A DNA stretch of 64,000 bases from Kiritimatiellia bacterium (GTDB taxonomy: Bacteria; Verrucomicrobiota; Kiritimatiellia; RFP12; UBA1067), in assembly GCA_045656285.1 (NCBI GenBank), contig JAZOQY010000041.1, forward strand, positions 129,404-193,403, read 5' to 3'. Shown here in pieces: positions 46,390-55,859 of the stretch. The translations under genes and the position numbers were made by a program. The notes below the pieces were generated by a model. That model saw nothing but the letters and a program-made list of their open reading frames with translations, did not search any database and had not been told where the DNA came from. Within the stretch, counting starts at the first letter, position 1. Every line of letters starts with the position of its first letter.

Positions 46390-47787
46390 TCATTTAAAGA
46401 CTAATGTGGAGACCGACCATTCGCCGCCCGGTAACGGCAGCGATTTATACTTGCCTTTATACTTAACGACAATCCTGCGGCGTTGAATTTTACGGACGAG
46501 AGAACCGTCGGACGCGACGACCAGCACGTACTGACCGTCGGGATTGCGAAAGAGAATAAGGCGCGTTCCGTCTCTAAAGCCTTCCACATTCATAATGCGG
46601 GCGCCGCGCTTTACAAACGGGCCGATGTGCCTGAATAATTTATACTGAGGCGAATATGTAACATCGCCCGTAGTAGAATCTACGACCGTAAAGCCTCCGC
46701 AAAGATGTGCGCCTGTAGCCGGAGTACCTAATTCATCAAGGCAGATATTCCACGTCGTAAACATCGCACAGCCGTTCTGGAGGATACCGAACACTTTCGC
46801 CGCCCACCAGAATTCAGATCTTTCCTTTACTACGACATGAGGCCCGTTCTCCGTATGATAAAAGCCCTTATCAGCATACGCCGCTTTTAACGGCGCCATA
46901 TTCTCTGATTCCTTAGGATTGCAATAGCAATGCCAGGCGATACCGTCTACCGCATCGCTTACGCCTTCCATCGCCATCAGCTTTTTAACGCGCTCTATGC
47001 CGCGCTTATCGGGATCATGGTCATGAACCCAGATTTTAGTTTCTATTCCCGCTTTCTTGAAAGCCTTGGAAAGATGATCTCTAACGAATACACCTTCTTT
47101 CTCGGCACTGTATGTGCAGCATGGATATTGCCCGCCTGTATCGCACATGGTTTCGTTTTGAGGCGAGACAGCCGATATTTTTATGCCGCGCTTAGCGTAT
47201 TCTTCGACATATCTCACAAAATAATTGGCTAAAGCCCCCATCGAATCATCTTTAAGCTGGCCCGAAATCATCAAATTCGAATTTTTCATCCACGCCGGCG
47301 GGCTCCAAGGCGAAGCGAAGATAAACATATCAGGCTGATAGGCTATCGCCTCTTTTACCATAGGAACTAAATAATTATCATCGCGCGCCAATGAAAAATC
47401 TTTCATCTCCACATCGCCAGGCGTATCATTGTAACTGTAAAGAGCGGTTGAATAATCGCTAGCTCCGATACAAAGCCTAAGCGTACTTAAGTTACACCCT
47501 TCAGGCGTAAAAAGCTCCTTCATAAGCTTTTCACGCTTCTCTTTAGGCATATTCGCCAATATCCAGGCCGAAGCGTCGGTCATCGCCCCGCCTAGGCCTA
47601 AGAATTCATGCATCGACTTAGCTTTATCAACATCTAAGGCTGGCGCAGCCGGGTATGAGTGAATAGTAAACCCAGATGTTGTAATCTCGCGAAAATCTTT
47701 AGATGCAGTCGTCTGATAAAGACGCAGTTCGTCACCGCCCTCAGAAGCGATAAATGCTGCAGCAACAATAGGTAAAACAGAAATCAT
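46390..47787 (-). CDS. Glycoside hydrolase family 30 (glucosylceramidase/β-glycosidase-like)
   Basis: …MFIFASPWSPPAWMK… (the GH30 hallmark) and …LSAVSPQNE… (acid/base region). GAGGAG SD 8 nt upstream. Confidence 0.8.
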   Translation of the reverse strand: MISVLPIVAAAFIASEGGDELRLYQTTASKDFREITTSGFTIHSYPAAPALDVDKAKSMHEFLGLGGAMTDASAWILANMPKEKREKLMKELFTPEGCNLSTLRLCIGASDYSTALYSYNDTPGDVEMKDFSLARDDNYLVPMVKEAIAYQPDMFIFASPWSPPAWMKNSNLMISGQLKDDSMGALANYFVRYVEEYAKRGIKISAVSPQNETMCDTGGQYPCCTYSAEKEGVFVRDHLSKAFKKAGIETKIWVHDHDPDKRGIERVKKLMAMEGVSDAVDGIAWHCYCNPKESENMAPLKAAYADKGFYHTENGPHVVVKERSEFWWAAKVFGILQNGCAMFTTWNICLDELGTPATGAHLCGGFTVVDSTTGDVTYSPQYKLFRHIGPFVKRGARIMNVEGFRDGTRLILFRNPDGQYVLVVASDGSLVRKIQRRRIVVKYKGKYKSLPLPGGEWSVSTLVFK

Positions 47788-47822
47788 AAAAACACTCCTC
47801 GTTAGGAAACAAAGACCTCATT

Positions 47823-49658
47823 TCATCTTACGATTAAGCAATCAATTTCAGGGAGCTTGTCAGTCAGGTTAAAAAGCTTGATCTTATTCGAGCCGGAATT
47901 GAGTTTTACCGTGTAAGCTAAATCGATGAACTTCGCCTTATCTCCACCCTTCGCCTGAACCAATATTTTCTCTCCGTCATTGACCATCATATAAAACGCA
48001 CAATCTTTATCAGTTCGAATGCGAAGCGTAAGCGTATATTCGCCGGATTTAGGAACATAAACATCTCTCCATGTAAGCGTATTATCTTTATTCCCGCCGA
48101 GATTAGCGACAACCATACCACCTGACGCGCCTTCGACATCGTACCAGGTCGGAACAATGCGCGAGCCCTGACTACGCTTACCGAGATTATCGTATTCCGC
48201 GAGGAATGCGACCTCCGCCTCATAAACGACGCGATCTAATCTACGCTCCGCGTCAAAAAGATAGAACTTAGATGCGTGAGGTCTAAGACGAATCGTCACT
48301 TCGTCGGTAAACTCGCCTAAATCGCCGCGCTCGACGAGATCAAACGCCGCTATGGAGCCCGCTAAATCCAAGTCACGCGCTTTAATCGTAAACTCTTTCT
48401 CCTTGTCGCTCGTATTACATACGGCCACATAGCGCGAAGTGCCGCGTAATACAAAAGCGTCCTTAGTCAGCATATAAACTTCGCCCTCTCGCGCTGCGAC
48501 ATACGCCTGCAAGCCGAGGGGATCCTGATTCATTCTGATAAGAAAGGGATTCTTAACGAGTTTAAGAGACTCGCTATCCATATTCCTAACATCGCACCCG
48601 AGCATCAAAGGCGAAGTCATTATACACCACATACCGAAATGAGTCACCTCTTCATCGCGCGTAATCCCGGGATCTGTCTTGCCGAACGCAGACTTTACCT
48701 TACCCTTAAGCATACCGACCTCAAGCATATCCATATCATTGAACTTACCGGGTCTTACGTATGAAGCGAGATTAAAGGAATTGGTCGTAATAAATTTTAT
48801 AACTTCCCAATCAGCGCGAATGTCGCCCGAGGTGCGCCAAGAGTCCGACACGTCCGCCGCCCATGCACCCGGAAACGCCCAACGGCAGATGTTGTAGTGA
48901 ACATCCTTACCTGTAGCGCGAATAGCCTTCGAAATCTCCGTATAACGATCGCGCTCGGGGAGTTTCTGCTGATATCCGCCGCAGTAATCGACCTTAAAGA
49001 AATCAAAGCCGAGCTCATTGAAAAAGAGCTTACAATCCTCTACATCGTGCCCCCAAAGTCCCGCGCCCTTACCGCCTAATTCGCCCCCAAAGCTCGCGCA
49101 CGTATTAGTTCCCGCGTCAGAATAGATACCCGCTTTCATACCAAGAGCGTGAATCGCATCGACCGTACCCTTAAGCCCTTCGGGGAAACGCCGCGCATGA
49201 ATTTTAAGCTTACCGTCGGGATAACGGCCGTCAAAAAAGCCATCGTCTAAATTAACATAAACATAGCCCGCGTCTCTTAAGCCGTTAGTAACCATAGCGC
49301 GAGCCGTCTCTACGATTACGCCCTCCGAAATCTCCGCTCCGAAGGTATTCCAGCTCGACCACCCCATAAGCGGAGTTTTAGAATTGGCTAGCTTAATGGG
49401 CTTAGCGAGCTTAAGAAAGCGCTTCGCGCGCTCAACCATTTCAGCTCGCTTAAGCTCGCTTACTTTACTGCGATTTATGAACGCCTTTTTACCGTCCTCC
49501 GAAATGCGCATACGCTTATCGCATTTAGGACAGTCTACAAACTCCACTTGTAAATGAGAAGCGCGCGCTTCGGCCGACTTAGCCTCCGCGCACGCCTTAT
49601 TACAAGATATCAATACCGCTATTGAAACAAAAGGTGTTAATATCGCAGCGTAATTCAT
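47823..49658 (-). CDS. Glycoside hydrolase family 27 α-galactosidase/α-N-acetylgalactosaminidase-like, with a C-terminal β-sandwich domain
   Basis: …TPLMGWSSWNTFG…, …YVNLDDGFF…, …DFFKVDYCGG… (GH27 catalytic-region blocks). N-terminal signal peptide. Confidence 0.8.
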   Translation of the reverse strand: MNYAAILTPFVSIAVLISCNKACAEAKSAEARASHLQVEFVDCPKCDKRMRISEDGKKAFINRSKVSELKRAEMVERAKRFLKLAKPIKLANSKTPLMGWSSWNTFGAEISEGVIVETARAMVTNGLRDAGYVYVNLDDGFFDGRYPDGKLKIHARRFPEGLKGTVDAIHALGMKAGIYSDAGTNTCASFGGELGGKGAGLWGHDVEDCKLFFNELGFDFFKVDYCGGYQQKLPERDRYTEISKAIRATGKDVHYNICRWAFPGAWAADVSDSWRTSGDIRADWEVIKFITTNSFNLASYVRPGKFNDMDMLEVGMLKGKVKSAFGKTDPGITRDEEVTHFGMWCIMTSPLMLGCDVRNMDSESLKLVKNPFLIRMNQDPLGLQAYVAAREGEVYMLTKDAFVLRGTSRYVAVCNTSDKEKEFTIKARDLDLAGSIAAFDLVERGDLGEFTDEVTIRLRPHASKFYLFDAERRLDRVVYEAEVAFLAEYDNLGKRSQGSRIVPTWYDVEGASGGMVVANLGGNKDNTLTWRDVYVPKSGEYTLTLRIRTDKDCAFYMMVNDGEKILVQAKGGDKAKFIDLAYTVKLNSGSNKIKLFNLTDKLPEIDCLIVR

Positions 49659-49672
49659 AATTATAAGTTTTA

Positions 49673-51766
49673 TTATTCTTTAGTGAACTTTTCATCGAGC
49701 CATTGGCGACGCATCTGCTCAACGATAAAATCAACATTGAAAAGCTTCTCGCCGACTGCCGCGTAGATTTCAATGACTTCATCATCAGTCATCGTCTTCT
49801 TTATGCGGGCGGTATACGTATTAATCGAACTGACGAATGGCTTAACCTTCTTAAGGTAAAACTCCTGATCGCCAAGCTCGGGATCCTGCCACTTTTCAAT
49901 GTAACCGTTATTACGGGAACCGCAGGAATTTCCTAAGATCTTCTTGCCGACGATGAGAAGGCGGCGCTTGATCATCGCATCAGCCTCCTTGTCAAAGCCG
50001 GTGAACTTAAGTTCCGCGAACGAGGAGCGGTTGTGAACCGAGGGCGAACCACCGAGAGTGTATCCGCCGCGCATCCAGTGAATGAACTCGACATACCAGG
50101 CGGGAGTCTTCTCAGACGGAATCGATGCGAATACGCTCTCCCAAGGCATGGTTAAAAGAAGCGCGACCCCGTCATTGAGATAGACTGATTCTTGACGGAA
50201 GTTGGTCTTGGCAGTACGATGACCAGTGATGTTATCATACTGAGTCGTAAATGTAGCCGATAACTTTGCGCCCTCACGCGCGTCAATCATCAAGCAGTGG
50301 TACGGATTATCAATACCGGTAGCGACGTACGACTCAAATCCAGGGGGATTAGCAAGACCCATCTTAATATCGTCCATATTATCAAGGAACATTCTAAGCA
50401 TAATCCTTACACCAACCTCATCAGCATACGAAAAGAATTCCGTCGGGCGGAACTTAGAGCCGTCATCGAAAGTCATCTCGCGCCCTGTAATCGCCGCGTC
50501 CGTTTCGATAAGGAACTTAAGGTTTTCGCCATACTTAACGCTAAGAAGCGACTTTTTAGCCTTCTGATAGCGCTCTGAATCAAGAACGCCCGTTAAAGTG
50601 CGAGGGGCGTCGTTCCACCAGAAGCACTCGCACTTTACCTGCTCGCGAAGCGGAACAATCTTAGCATGAAAAGCTAAAATAACCTTAGTGGCCTTTTCAT
50701 CGCCCTTGGCGACCAACTTCTTGGCGACCTTCTCATAGACCTTGGCGAGCTCAATCTTATCGCCCTTCTTTTCGATCGTCTCAAGATACTTATTGCCGAT
50801 CTCCTCGGCCTTATCGGGATTGGCGAACATATCCGCCTCAGCTACAAAAAGCGCCGCGGCGTTACGGTCTTTAATATAACCCTTCTTATCACTCTCCTTC
50901 ATACCTTCAGGAGCCTTGGCAGCTAAAAACTCCTTAGCGTAAGCATAAGCCTTTTCGCTTAACACGGGGAACTTGACGGCATAAGTAAATTTAACTCTCG
51001 CGCTCGGGCCAGGAACATTCTTAGCGCGTTTTTCGACGAATTTAAGCAACTCTTCGGCGCACTCGACTGTAGCCATATAACCCTCAGCACGGAAAGAGGT
51101 GCTGATATAACGATAAACGTCATTTAAGATGTCGCTCTTGGGATTCATCGTGTACTGGCGATCCATCATCTCACCGATCTTATCGAACATATCCTTGCCG
51201 TAAGTCGCGTTGCAATAAGCGACATATTCACGAACGAGCCTGCCGTGATAACCGCGAGGAGCTTTAGCCTTCTTGAATTCGTCGTCGAAATATTCGGCCG
51301 TAATTTTATTTTTAGGCTTATCAGCAACTTTCGCCTTAGGGTTAAAGTCTACGAGTGATTTCAGATTAGCGCGCGAAGTCTCAGCAAGAACCTTATCGGC
51401 ATCGCTGAGCTGAAGCTTCTTAAAGGGATACTCAACCGCCTCCAAAGCCGCGGCGATATCACGCGTCGCTTCGAGATGACACCTGGCGATTTCGCTGCAA
51501 ATCTCGATCTTCTCCTTATTAAGATAAACATCCTTAGTAAGAGCCTCTTCGAGCTTAGCGCGCGCAGCATCAATGTCGTTATGCCAATAATCGGCAAAGC
51601 CGCCCTTGAAGTTTTTCTTGATAAGAGCGTCGGTCTCTTTTTTAAGAGCCTTCCAAGCCTCTTGGCTAACCTTAGCGGGATTGACAGGCTTCGCGGCTTT
51701 GTCAGCAGGCGCGGCAATAACCGCAGCCGCAGTCACTAAAGAAAGTACAAACAATAAATTTTTCAT
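49673..51766 (-). CDS. Secreted hypothetical protein, family A copy 1 (paralogue of 53759..55840)
   Basis: Signal peptide MKNLLFVLSLVTAAAVIAAP. α-helical N-terminal half. The conserved C-terminal half (…KFRPTEFFSYADEVGVR…PGFESYVATGIDNPYHCLM…TPAWYVEFIHWMRGGY…) is about 80% identical to A2. AAGGAG SD. Confidence 0.7.
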   Translation of the reverse strand: MKNLLFVLSLVTAAAVIAAPADKAAKPVNPAKVSQEAWKALKKETDALIKKNFKGGFADYWHNDIDAARAKLEEALTKDVYLNKEKIEICSEIARCHLEATRDIAAALEAVEYPFKKLQLSDADKVLAETSRANLKSLVDFNPKAKVADKPKNKITAEYFDDEFKKAKAPRGYHGRLVREYVAYCNATYGKDMFDKIGEMMDRQYTMNPKSDILNDVYRYISTSFRAEGYMATVECAEELLKFVEKRAKNVPGPSARVKFTYAVKFPVLSEKAYAYAKEFLAAKAPEGMKESDKKGYIKDRNAAALFVAEADMFANPDKAEEIGNKYLETIEKKGDKIELAKVYEKVAKKLVAKGDEKATKVILAFHAKIVPLREQVKCECFWWNDAPRTLTGVLDSERYQKAKKSLLSVKYGENLKFLIETDAAITGREMTFDDGSKFRPTEFFSYADEVGVRIMLRMFLDNMDDIKMGLANPPGFESYVATGIDNPYHCLMIDAREGAKLSATFTTQYDNITGHRTAKTNFRQESVYLNDGVALLLTMPWESVFASIPSEKTPAWYVEFIHWMRGGYTLGGSPSVHNRSSFAELKFTGFDKEADAMIKRRLLIVGKKILGNSCGSRNNGYIEKWQDPELGDQEFYLKKVKPFVSSINTYTARIKKTMTDDEVIEIYAAVGEKLFNVDFIVEQMRRQWLDEKFTKE

Positions 51767-51784
51767 TTTAAAAAACTCCTTTTC

Positions 51785-53632
51785 TTACTTGCCCAACGCC
51801 TTGCGCATCTTAAGGATATAATCAATCATCTCAAGGCGAGCGAGATTTAAGTCTACAGAGTCGCGCTTAAGCATCGCTAAATACATGCGCGCTTTCTTAG
51901 CGAGAAGTCTCGCATCAACATCGCCCTTCTTAAGGCACTCTTCAGAGAGCTCTTTAAGATAAGTCGCGTAACGAATATCGTCGCAAGCCTCGCGGAAGCC
52001 CGCGTACTGAATCGTCTCCAAAAGACCCTTATTATCGTTGTAGGTAACAACCATCGGACGATAAAGCGTATAGGCGCGGTCATTTAAGACTCCAAGCTCA
52101 AACTCATAGTTGTACGCCATCGTCGCACCGTTAAGCCAGCCTAAAAGGCCGTGCTGACGACGCGTAAATTGGGGGTTCTCGCTGGCGGTGTGCTGCGCGG
52201 CATAAAACCCGAGCCACGTATCGCCGATTTCGCGCCAGGGACGCGTCTTTTCGAGCATAGTATCGGGCGAAGTACCAAGCGGCATAAACGAATAGACATA
52301 ACCGCCCTTATACAAAAGCGCTTCGTGACCGGCGCAGCCGATATGAATGCCATGGCGCTCAAACTCGCGGAAGAGTTCGCGGTGAGTCGTTACGAACGCA
52401 GTACCCTGCTCATCGCCATGGGCACAGAGAATCGTAGAACCGGGTAAAAGCTTATCGTAATATTCTTTAGTCTTACGAACCGAAACTACAGAATCATAAT
52501 AATTCTTCCAGCTCATGCGACCGCCATAATTAAGCCCGAACCAGGGCACCAGTGAATTGCAGATTACAACATCAAGCGGAAAGCCGACCTTGCGCAACTC
52601 GCTGACAACCCACTCCTGATGCTCTTTATTACCCTCATAAATAAAAGGAGCATGGAACATCGAGTGATTATAGAGCGATTTTAGCTGACCTAAATAATAT
52701 TCCTTAGCCTTCTTCTCATCACCGAGCGCACGTTTAAGACGCCCGAGATTCGGCATAGCGCCCATGCAGGTATGAAGATAAGGCTTATTGGGCTCAAGAT
52801 AACCCTTCGGCATGGGAAGCTCAAAGGGAAGAACCTTAACAGCCATCGGGATTGTAGCGAGAGTCTTACCCTTGTGAGTAACGGCTACCTTACCCTTATA
52901 AAGGCCGCTCTTCTGGGTCTTTTCGGCATTGACGGTAATAAAGAACTGCTTAAAGGAATCCTTCTCAAGCTTAACGGGCAGAAGCTTATCAGCATCGCGA
53001 AATCCTTCGGTATACTGATTAAAGCCACTCCTGTAGGATTCAGCCTTCTTAGGGGCCGAAACCCAATAGAAAGTATCCTTACCATCCTTGCGAACACGGG
53101 CGTAGTTGGCGGGATCCTTATCCTTGACTACCTTGATAAGATCCTCGTCATGGAGCAGAAGTTCCGGCGTAAGTTTAAGACCAGTATCATCGAAGTAGCT
53201 GACCCAGCCGTTACCGTTCTGGAACCAAAGCTTAACTACGCGGATATCGTTGTTAAGACCAGGTAAATCGACCTTAAGCTCAACATCATCGAGATCCTTA
53301 AACGAGAAAAGCTGGAAAGAGCAGGACTCAAACTCGCCCTGAGCCAAAACGCACTTAACAGTACCGTTAAGCTCACCATCATCCGGCCATGTATCATCCA
53401 GGCGCATAATCTCGCTCATCGCGGGAACTGCGAAATACGCGACATCGCCCTTCACGCCCGCATCCTTAAGGCGCTTAGCGTTAACCTTTTTAAGCTCCTT
53501 AGCGCGTTCGCGCTGAGCATTCCAAACGGTATCCTCGACACCAGCCAACGAATTAAGCGGAAGTGCAGTTGAAAGCGTAACCGCTATAGTCGACATTAAA
53601 ACCGACAATGATGAGATAGTACTATTTTTCAT
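51785..53632 (-). CDS. Secreted hypothetical protein, family B copy 1 (paralogue of 55860..57692); possible glycoside-hydrolase-like fold
   Basis: Signal peptide. Shared blocks with B2 (…FAVPAMSE(I/L)MRL(D/E)DTWP(D/E)DG…VVKLWFQNGNGWVSYF…LCAHGDEQGTAFVT…RRQHGLLGWLNGATM…). Confidence 0.7.
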   Translation of the reverse strand: MKNSTISSLSVLMSTIAVTLSTALPLNSLAGVEDTVWNAQRERAKELKKVNAKRLKDAGVKGDVAYFAVPAMSEIMRLDDTWPDDGELNGTVKCVLAQGEFESCSFQLFSFKDLDDVELKVDLPGLNNDIRVVKLWFQNGNGWVSYFDDTGLKLTPELLLHDEDLIKVVKDKDPANYARVRKDGKDTFYWVSAPKKAESYRSGFNQYTEGFRDADKLLPVKLEKDSFKQFFITVNAEKTQKSGLYKGKVAVTHKGKTLATIPMAVKVLPFELPMPKGYLEPNKPYLHTCMGAMPNLGRLKRALGDEKKAKEYYLGQLKSLYNHSMFHAPFIYEGNKEHQEWVVSELRKVGFPLDVVICNSLVPWFGLNYGGRMSWKNYYDSVVSVRKTKEYYDKLLPGSTILCAHGDEQGTAFVTTHRELFREFERHGIHIGCAGHEALLYKGGYVYSFMPLGTSPDTMLEKTRPWREIGDTWLGFYAAQHTASENPQFTRRQHGLLGWLNGATMAYNYEFELGVLNDRAYTLYRPMVVTYNDNKGLLETIQYAGFREACDDIRYATYLKELSEECLKKGDVDARLLAKKARMYLAMLKRDSVDLNLARLEMIDYILKMRKALGK

Positions 53633-53638
53633 AATTGC

Positions 53639-53669
53639 ATTTTACTAAATAGCGTCGCTTAAATGCAAT
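53639..53669 (-). promoter_or_regulatory. Candidate σ70-type promoter for B1: −35 TTGCAT, 18-nt spacer, −10 TAAAAT, 6 nt before the ATG (leaderless-like)
   Basis: Minus-strand sequence reads TTGCAT-TTAAGCGACGCTATTTAG-TAAAAT-GCAATT-ATG. The TAGTAAAAT(G/A)CAAT block is repeated upstream of B2 at 57766–57780. Confidence 0.35.
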
Positions 53670-53687
53670 GAAAAATATAATTTTTAC

Positions 53688-53727
53688 GGCGTTCTTGAGG
53701 GCTCTTAAAAGAGTCCTCAAGAACGCC
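53688..53727 (-). terminator. Perfect 13-bp-stem hairpin (GGCGTTCTTGAGG…CCTCAAGAACGCC) followed on the minus strand by an A/U-rich tract: a likely intrinsic terminator between the two tandem modules
   Basis: Arms at 53688–53700 and 53715–53727. The loop has an inner ctctt/aagag pairing. Downstream on the minus strand comes GTAAAAATTATATTTTT. Confidence 0.5.
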
Positions 53728-53758
53728 GTGATGGCGACTGCTATTTAACGATAAAAGC

Positions 53759-55840
53759 TTATTCGTCCGTAAAGACGTCGTCGAGCCATTCGCGGCGCAT
53801 ATTCTCAACGATGAAGTTGATATTGAGCATCTTCTCGCCGACGGCATCGTAAGTCTCGAGAACCTCGTCTTCGGTCATAGCCGGCTTAATCTTCTTAAGA
53901 TACGGAGTAATCGAATCTACGAGGGGCTTAACCTTAGCGAGATAGAACTTCTGGTCTCCAAGCTCGGGGTCGGACCACTTTTCGATATAACCGTTCTCGC
54001 GCGGCGAACAAGACGCGTTAAAGATGTTCCTACCCTTAATAAGGAGCTTACGCTTAATAACAGCCATAGCCGCCTTATCAAAGCCAGTAAACTTCATCTC
54101 AGCGAACGAGGAGCGCGAGTGAACGGTCGTCGAACCGCCGAGACTGTAACCGCCCTTCATCCAGTTGATGAACTCGACATACCAAGCGGGTGTCTTATCG
54201 CTCGGGATCGAAGCGAAGACGAGTTCCCACGGGAATGTAATGAGCGAGGCTACGCCATCATCAAGATATACGGTATCGATTCTAATGTTGTTCCTGTTAG
54301 CGCGATGACCCGTAAAGTTATCGTACTGAGTTAAGAACGAAGCATCCATCTTACCCCCTTCTTTAGGCGAGAACATAAGGCAGTGATAAGGTGAATCAAT
54401 ACCCGTAGCGACATAAGACTCAAATCCGGGAACGCCAGCGAAGCCGTTCTTAACATCATTAATATTATCGAGGAAGAGTCTCAAAATCATTCTTACGCCC
54501 TCACCGTCAGCATAGGCGAAGAACTCGGTCGGGCGGAACTTAGCTCCATCGTCAACCGTCATCTCGCGCCCAGTAAGCGCCGCGTCAGTTTCGATAAGGA
54601 ACTTAAGATTGTCGCCGTACTTCAAATTAAGAAGACCCTTCTTAGCCTTGGCGTAAACGGGAGAGTCAACTACGCTCTTAACGTCGCGCGGCGCATCCGC
54701 CCACCAGAAGCACTCCGTCTTAACCTGCTTACGCGCAGGAACGACCTTCTCACGCATAGCGAGAACTTTGCGAAGAGCCTTCTCGTTATGCTTCTTATTG
54801 AGCTGTTTAGCGACATCCGAGAGGAACTTCGCGTACTCTACCTTATCGCCCTTCTTATTGATCGACTCGAGATAATCCTCGGCGATGTCATCAGCATCGG
54901 AATAATCCTCGACCGCGTCAGTAAGCGCTACATAGCGCTTAGCCTGAACTAAAGCGTTGTCAATGCGCTTTTGAGCGTGGGGATCCTTAACCGTAACGGG
55001 ATTAGCGATAAATTCTTTAGCGAACTTATAAGCATACGACTCTAAGTATGTAAACCTAGAAGTATAATCAAAAAGCTCCTGTGCGCCAGGGCGTCTTTTA
55101 TCTGTTCGCTTAGTAATGAACTCTATTAAAGCCTTACGACCTTCAGCTGTAGATGTATACCCGGTAGGATTCCAAAGAACAGCTAACCCACGATAAGCAG
55201 CTATAAGCGCATCAGAATTCGGATTTAACTTAAGATTAGCATCTAACATCTTCTCAAGCTTCTCGAACATCTTATCGCCATAAGTCATATTACAGAACTT
55301 AGCATATTCCTGAGCGTTATTATAGCCATATCCATGAGGAGCTTTAGCCTTAGAAAAGATTTCGTTAAAATATTTTTCATCCTTAACGACCTTAGGCTTA
55401 GCAGTTGGATCAGGAATTGGATCAACGCTCGTTAAACGCTTAACCTCAGCGAGTTTCGCCGCGGCTAAATCGCGATCCGCGCCCTGGAGATTAAGATTCT
55501 TAATCGGATACTCGACAGCAGCAATCGCCGCGTTCACATCGCGCGTCGCTTCGAGATGACATCTCGCGATTTGGCGGCAGATTTCGATCTTCTCTCTAGG
55601 AAGATAAATATCCTTTCGGAGTTCTTCATTGAGTTTCTTAAGCGCGGCGTCTATATCGTTGTGCCAATAGTTGGCGAAACCACCTTTAAAGTTCTTTCTT
55701 ATAAGATCGTCTGTCGACTTCTTAAGCGCCATCCAAGCATTTTGGCTCGCTTTAGCTGGGCTTATCGGCTTTTTAGGCGCGGGAGCAGCTACTACAGCGA
55801 AAGCCGCCAACAAAGATAATACAAACATCAACTTTTTCAT
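53759..55840 (-). CDS. Secreted hypothetical protein, family A copy 2 (paralogue of 49673..51766)
   Basis: Signal peptide MKKLMFVLSLLAAFAVVAAP. Collinear with A1 over its full length. AAAGGAG SD. Confidence 0.7.
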   Translation of the reverse strand: MKKLMFVLSLLAAFAVVAAPAPKKPISPAKASQNAWMALKKSTDDLIRKNFKGGFANYWHNDIDAALKKLNEELRKDIYLPREKIEICRQIARCHLEATRDVNAAIAAVEYPIKNLNLQGADRDLAAAKLAEVKRLTSVDPIPDPTAKPKVVKDEKYFNEIFSKAKAPHGYGYNNAQEYAKFCNMTYGDKMFEKLEKMLDANLKLNPNSDALIAAYRGLAVLWNPTGYTSTAEGRKALIEFITKRTDKRRPGAQELFDYTSRFTYLESYAYKFAKEFIANPVTVKDPHAQKRIDNALVQAKRYVALTDAVEDYSDADDIAEDYLESINKKGDKVEYAKFLSDVAKQLNKKHNEKALRKVLAMREKVVPARKQVKTECFWWADAPRDVKSVVDSPVYAKAKKGLLNLKYGDNLKFLIETDAALTGREMTVDDGAKFRPTEFFAYADGEGVRMILRLFLDNINDVKNGFAGVPGFESYVATGIDSPYHCLMFSPKEGGKMDASFLTQYDNFTGHRANRNNIRIDTVYLDDGVASLITFPWELVFASIPSDKTPAWYVEFINWMKGGYSLGGSTTVHSRSSFAEMKFTGFDKAAMAVIKRKLLIKGRNIFNASCSPRENGYIEKWSDPELGDQKFYLAKVKPLVDSITPYLKKIKPAMTEDEVLETYDAVGEKMLNINFIVENMRREWLDDVFTDE

Positions 55841-55859
55841 TTTTAAAACTCCTTTATTC

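Noticed and set aside
51476-51821. Small plus-strand ORFs (51476–51739, 51606–51821) with near-identical counterparts at 55556–55819 and 55671–55925
   Set aside because: Their conservation mirrors the duplicated A1/A2 coding sequence on the opposite strand. They are not independent conserved small genes.
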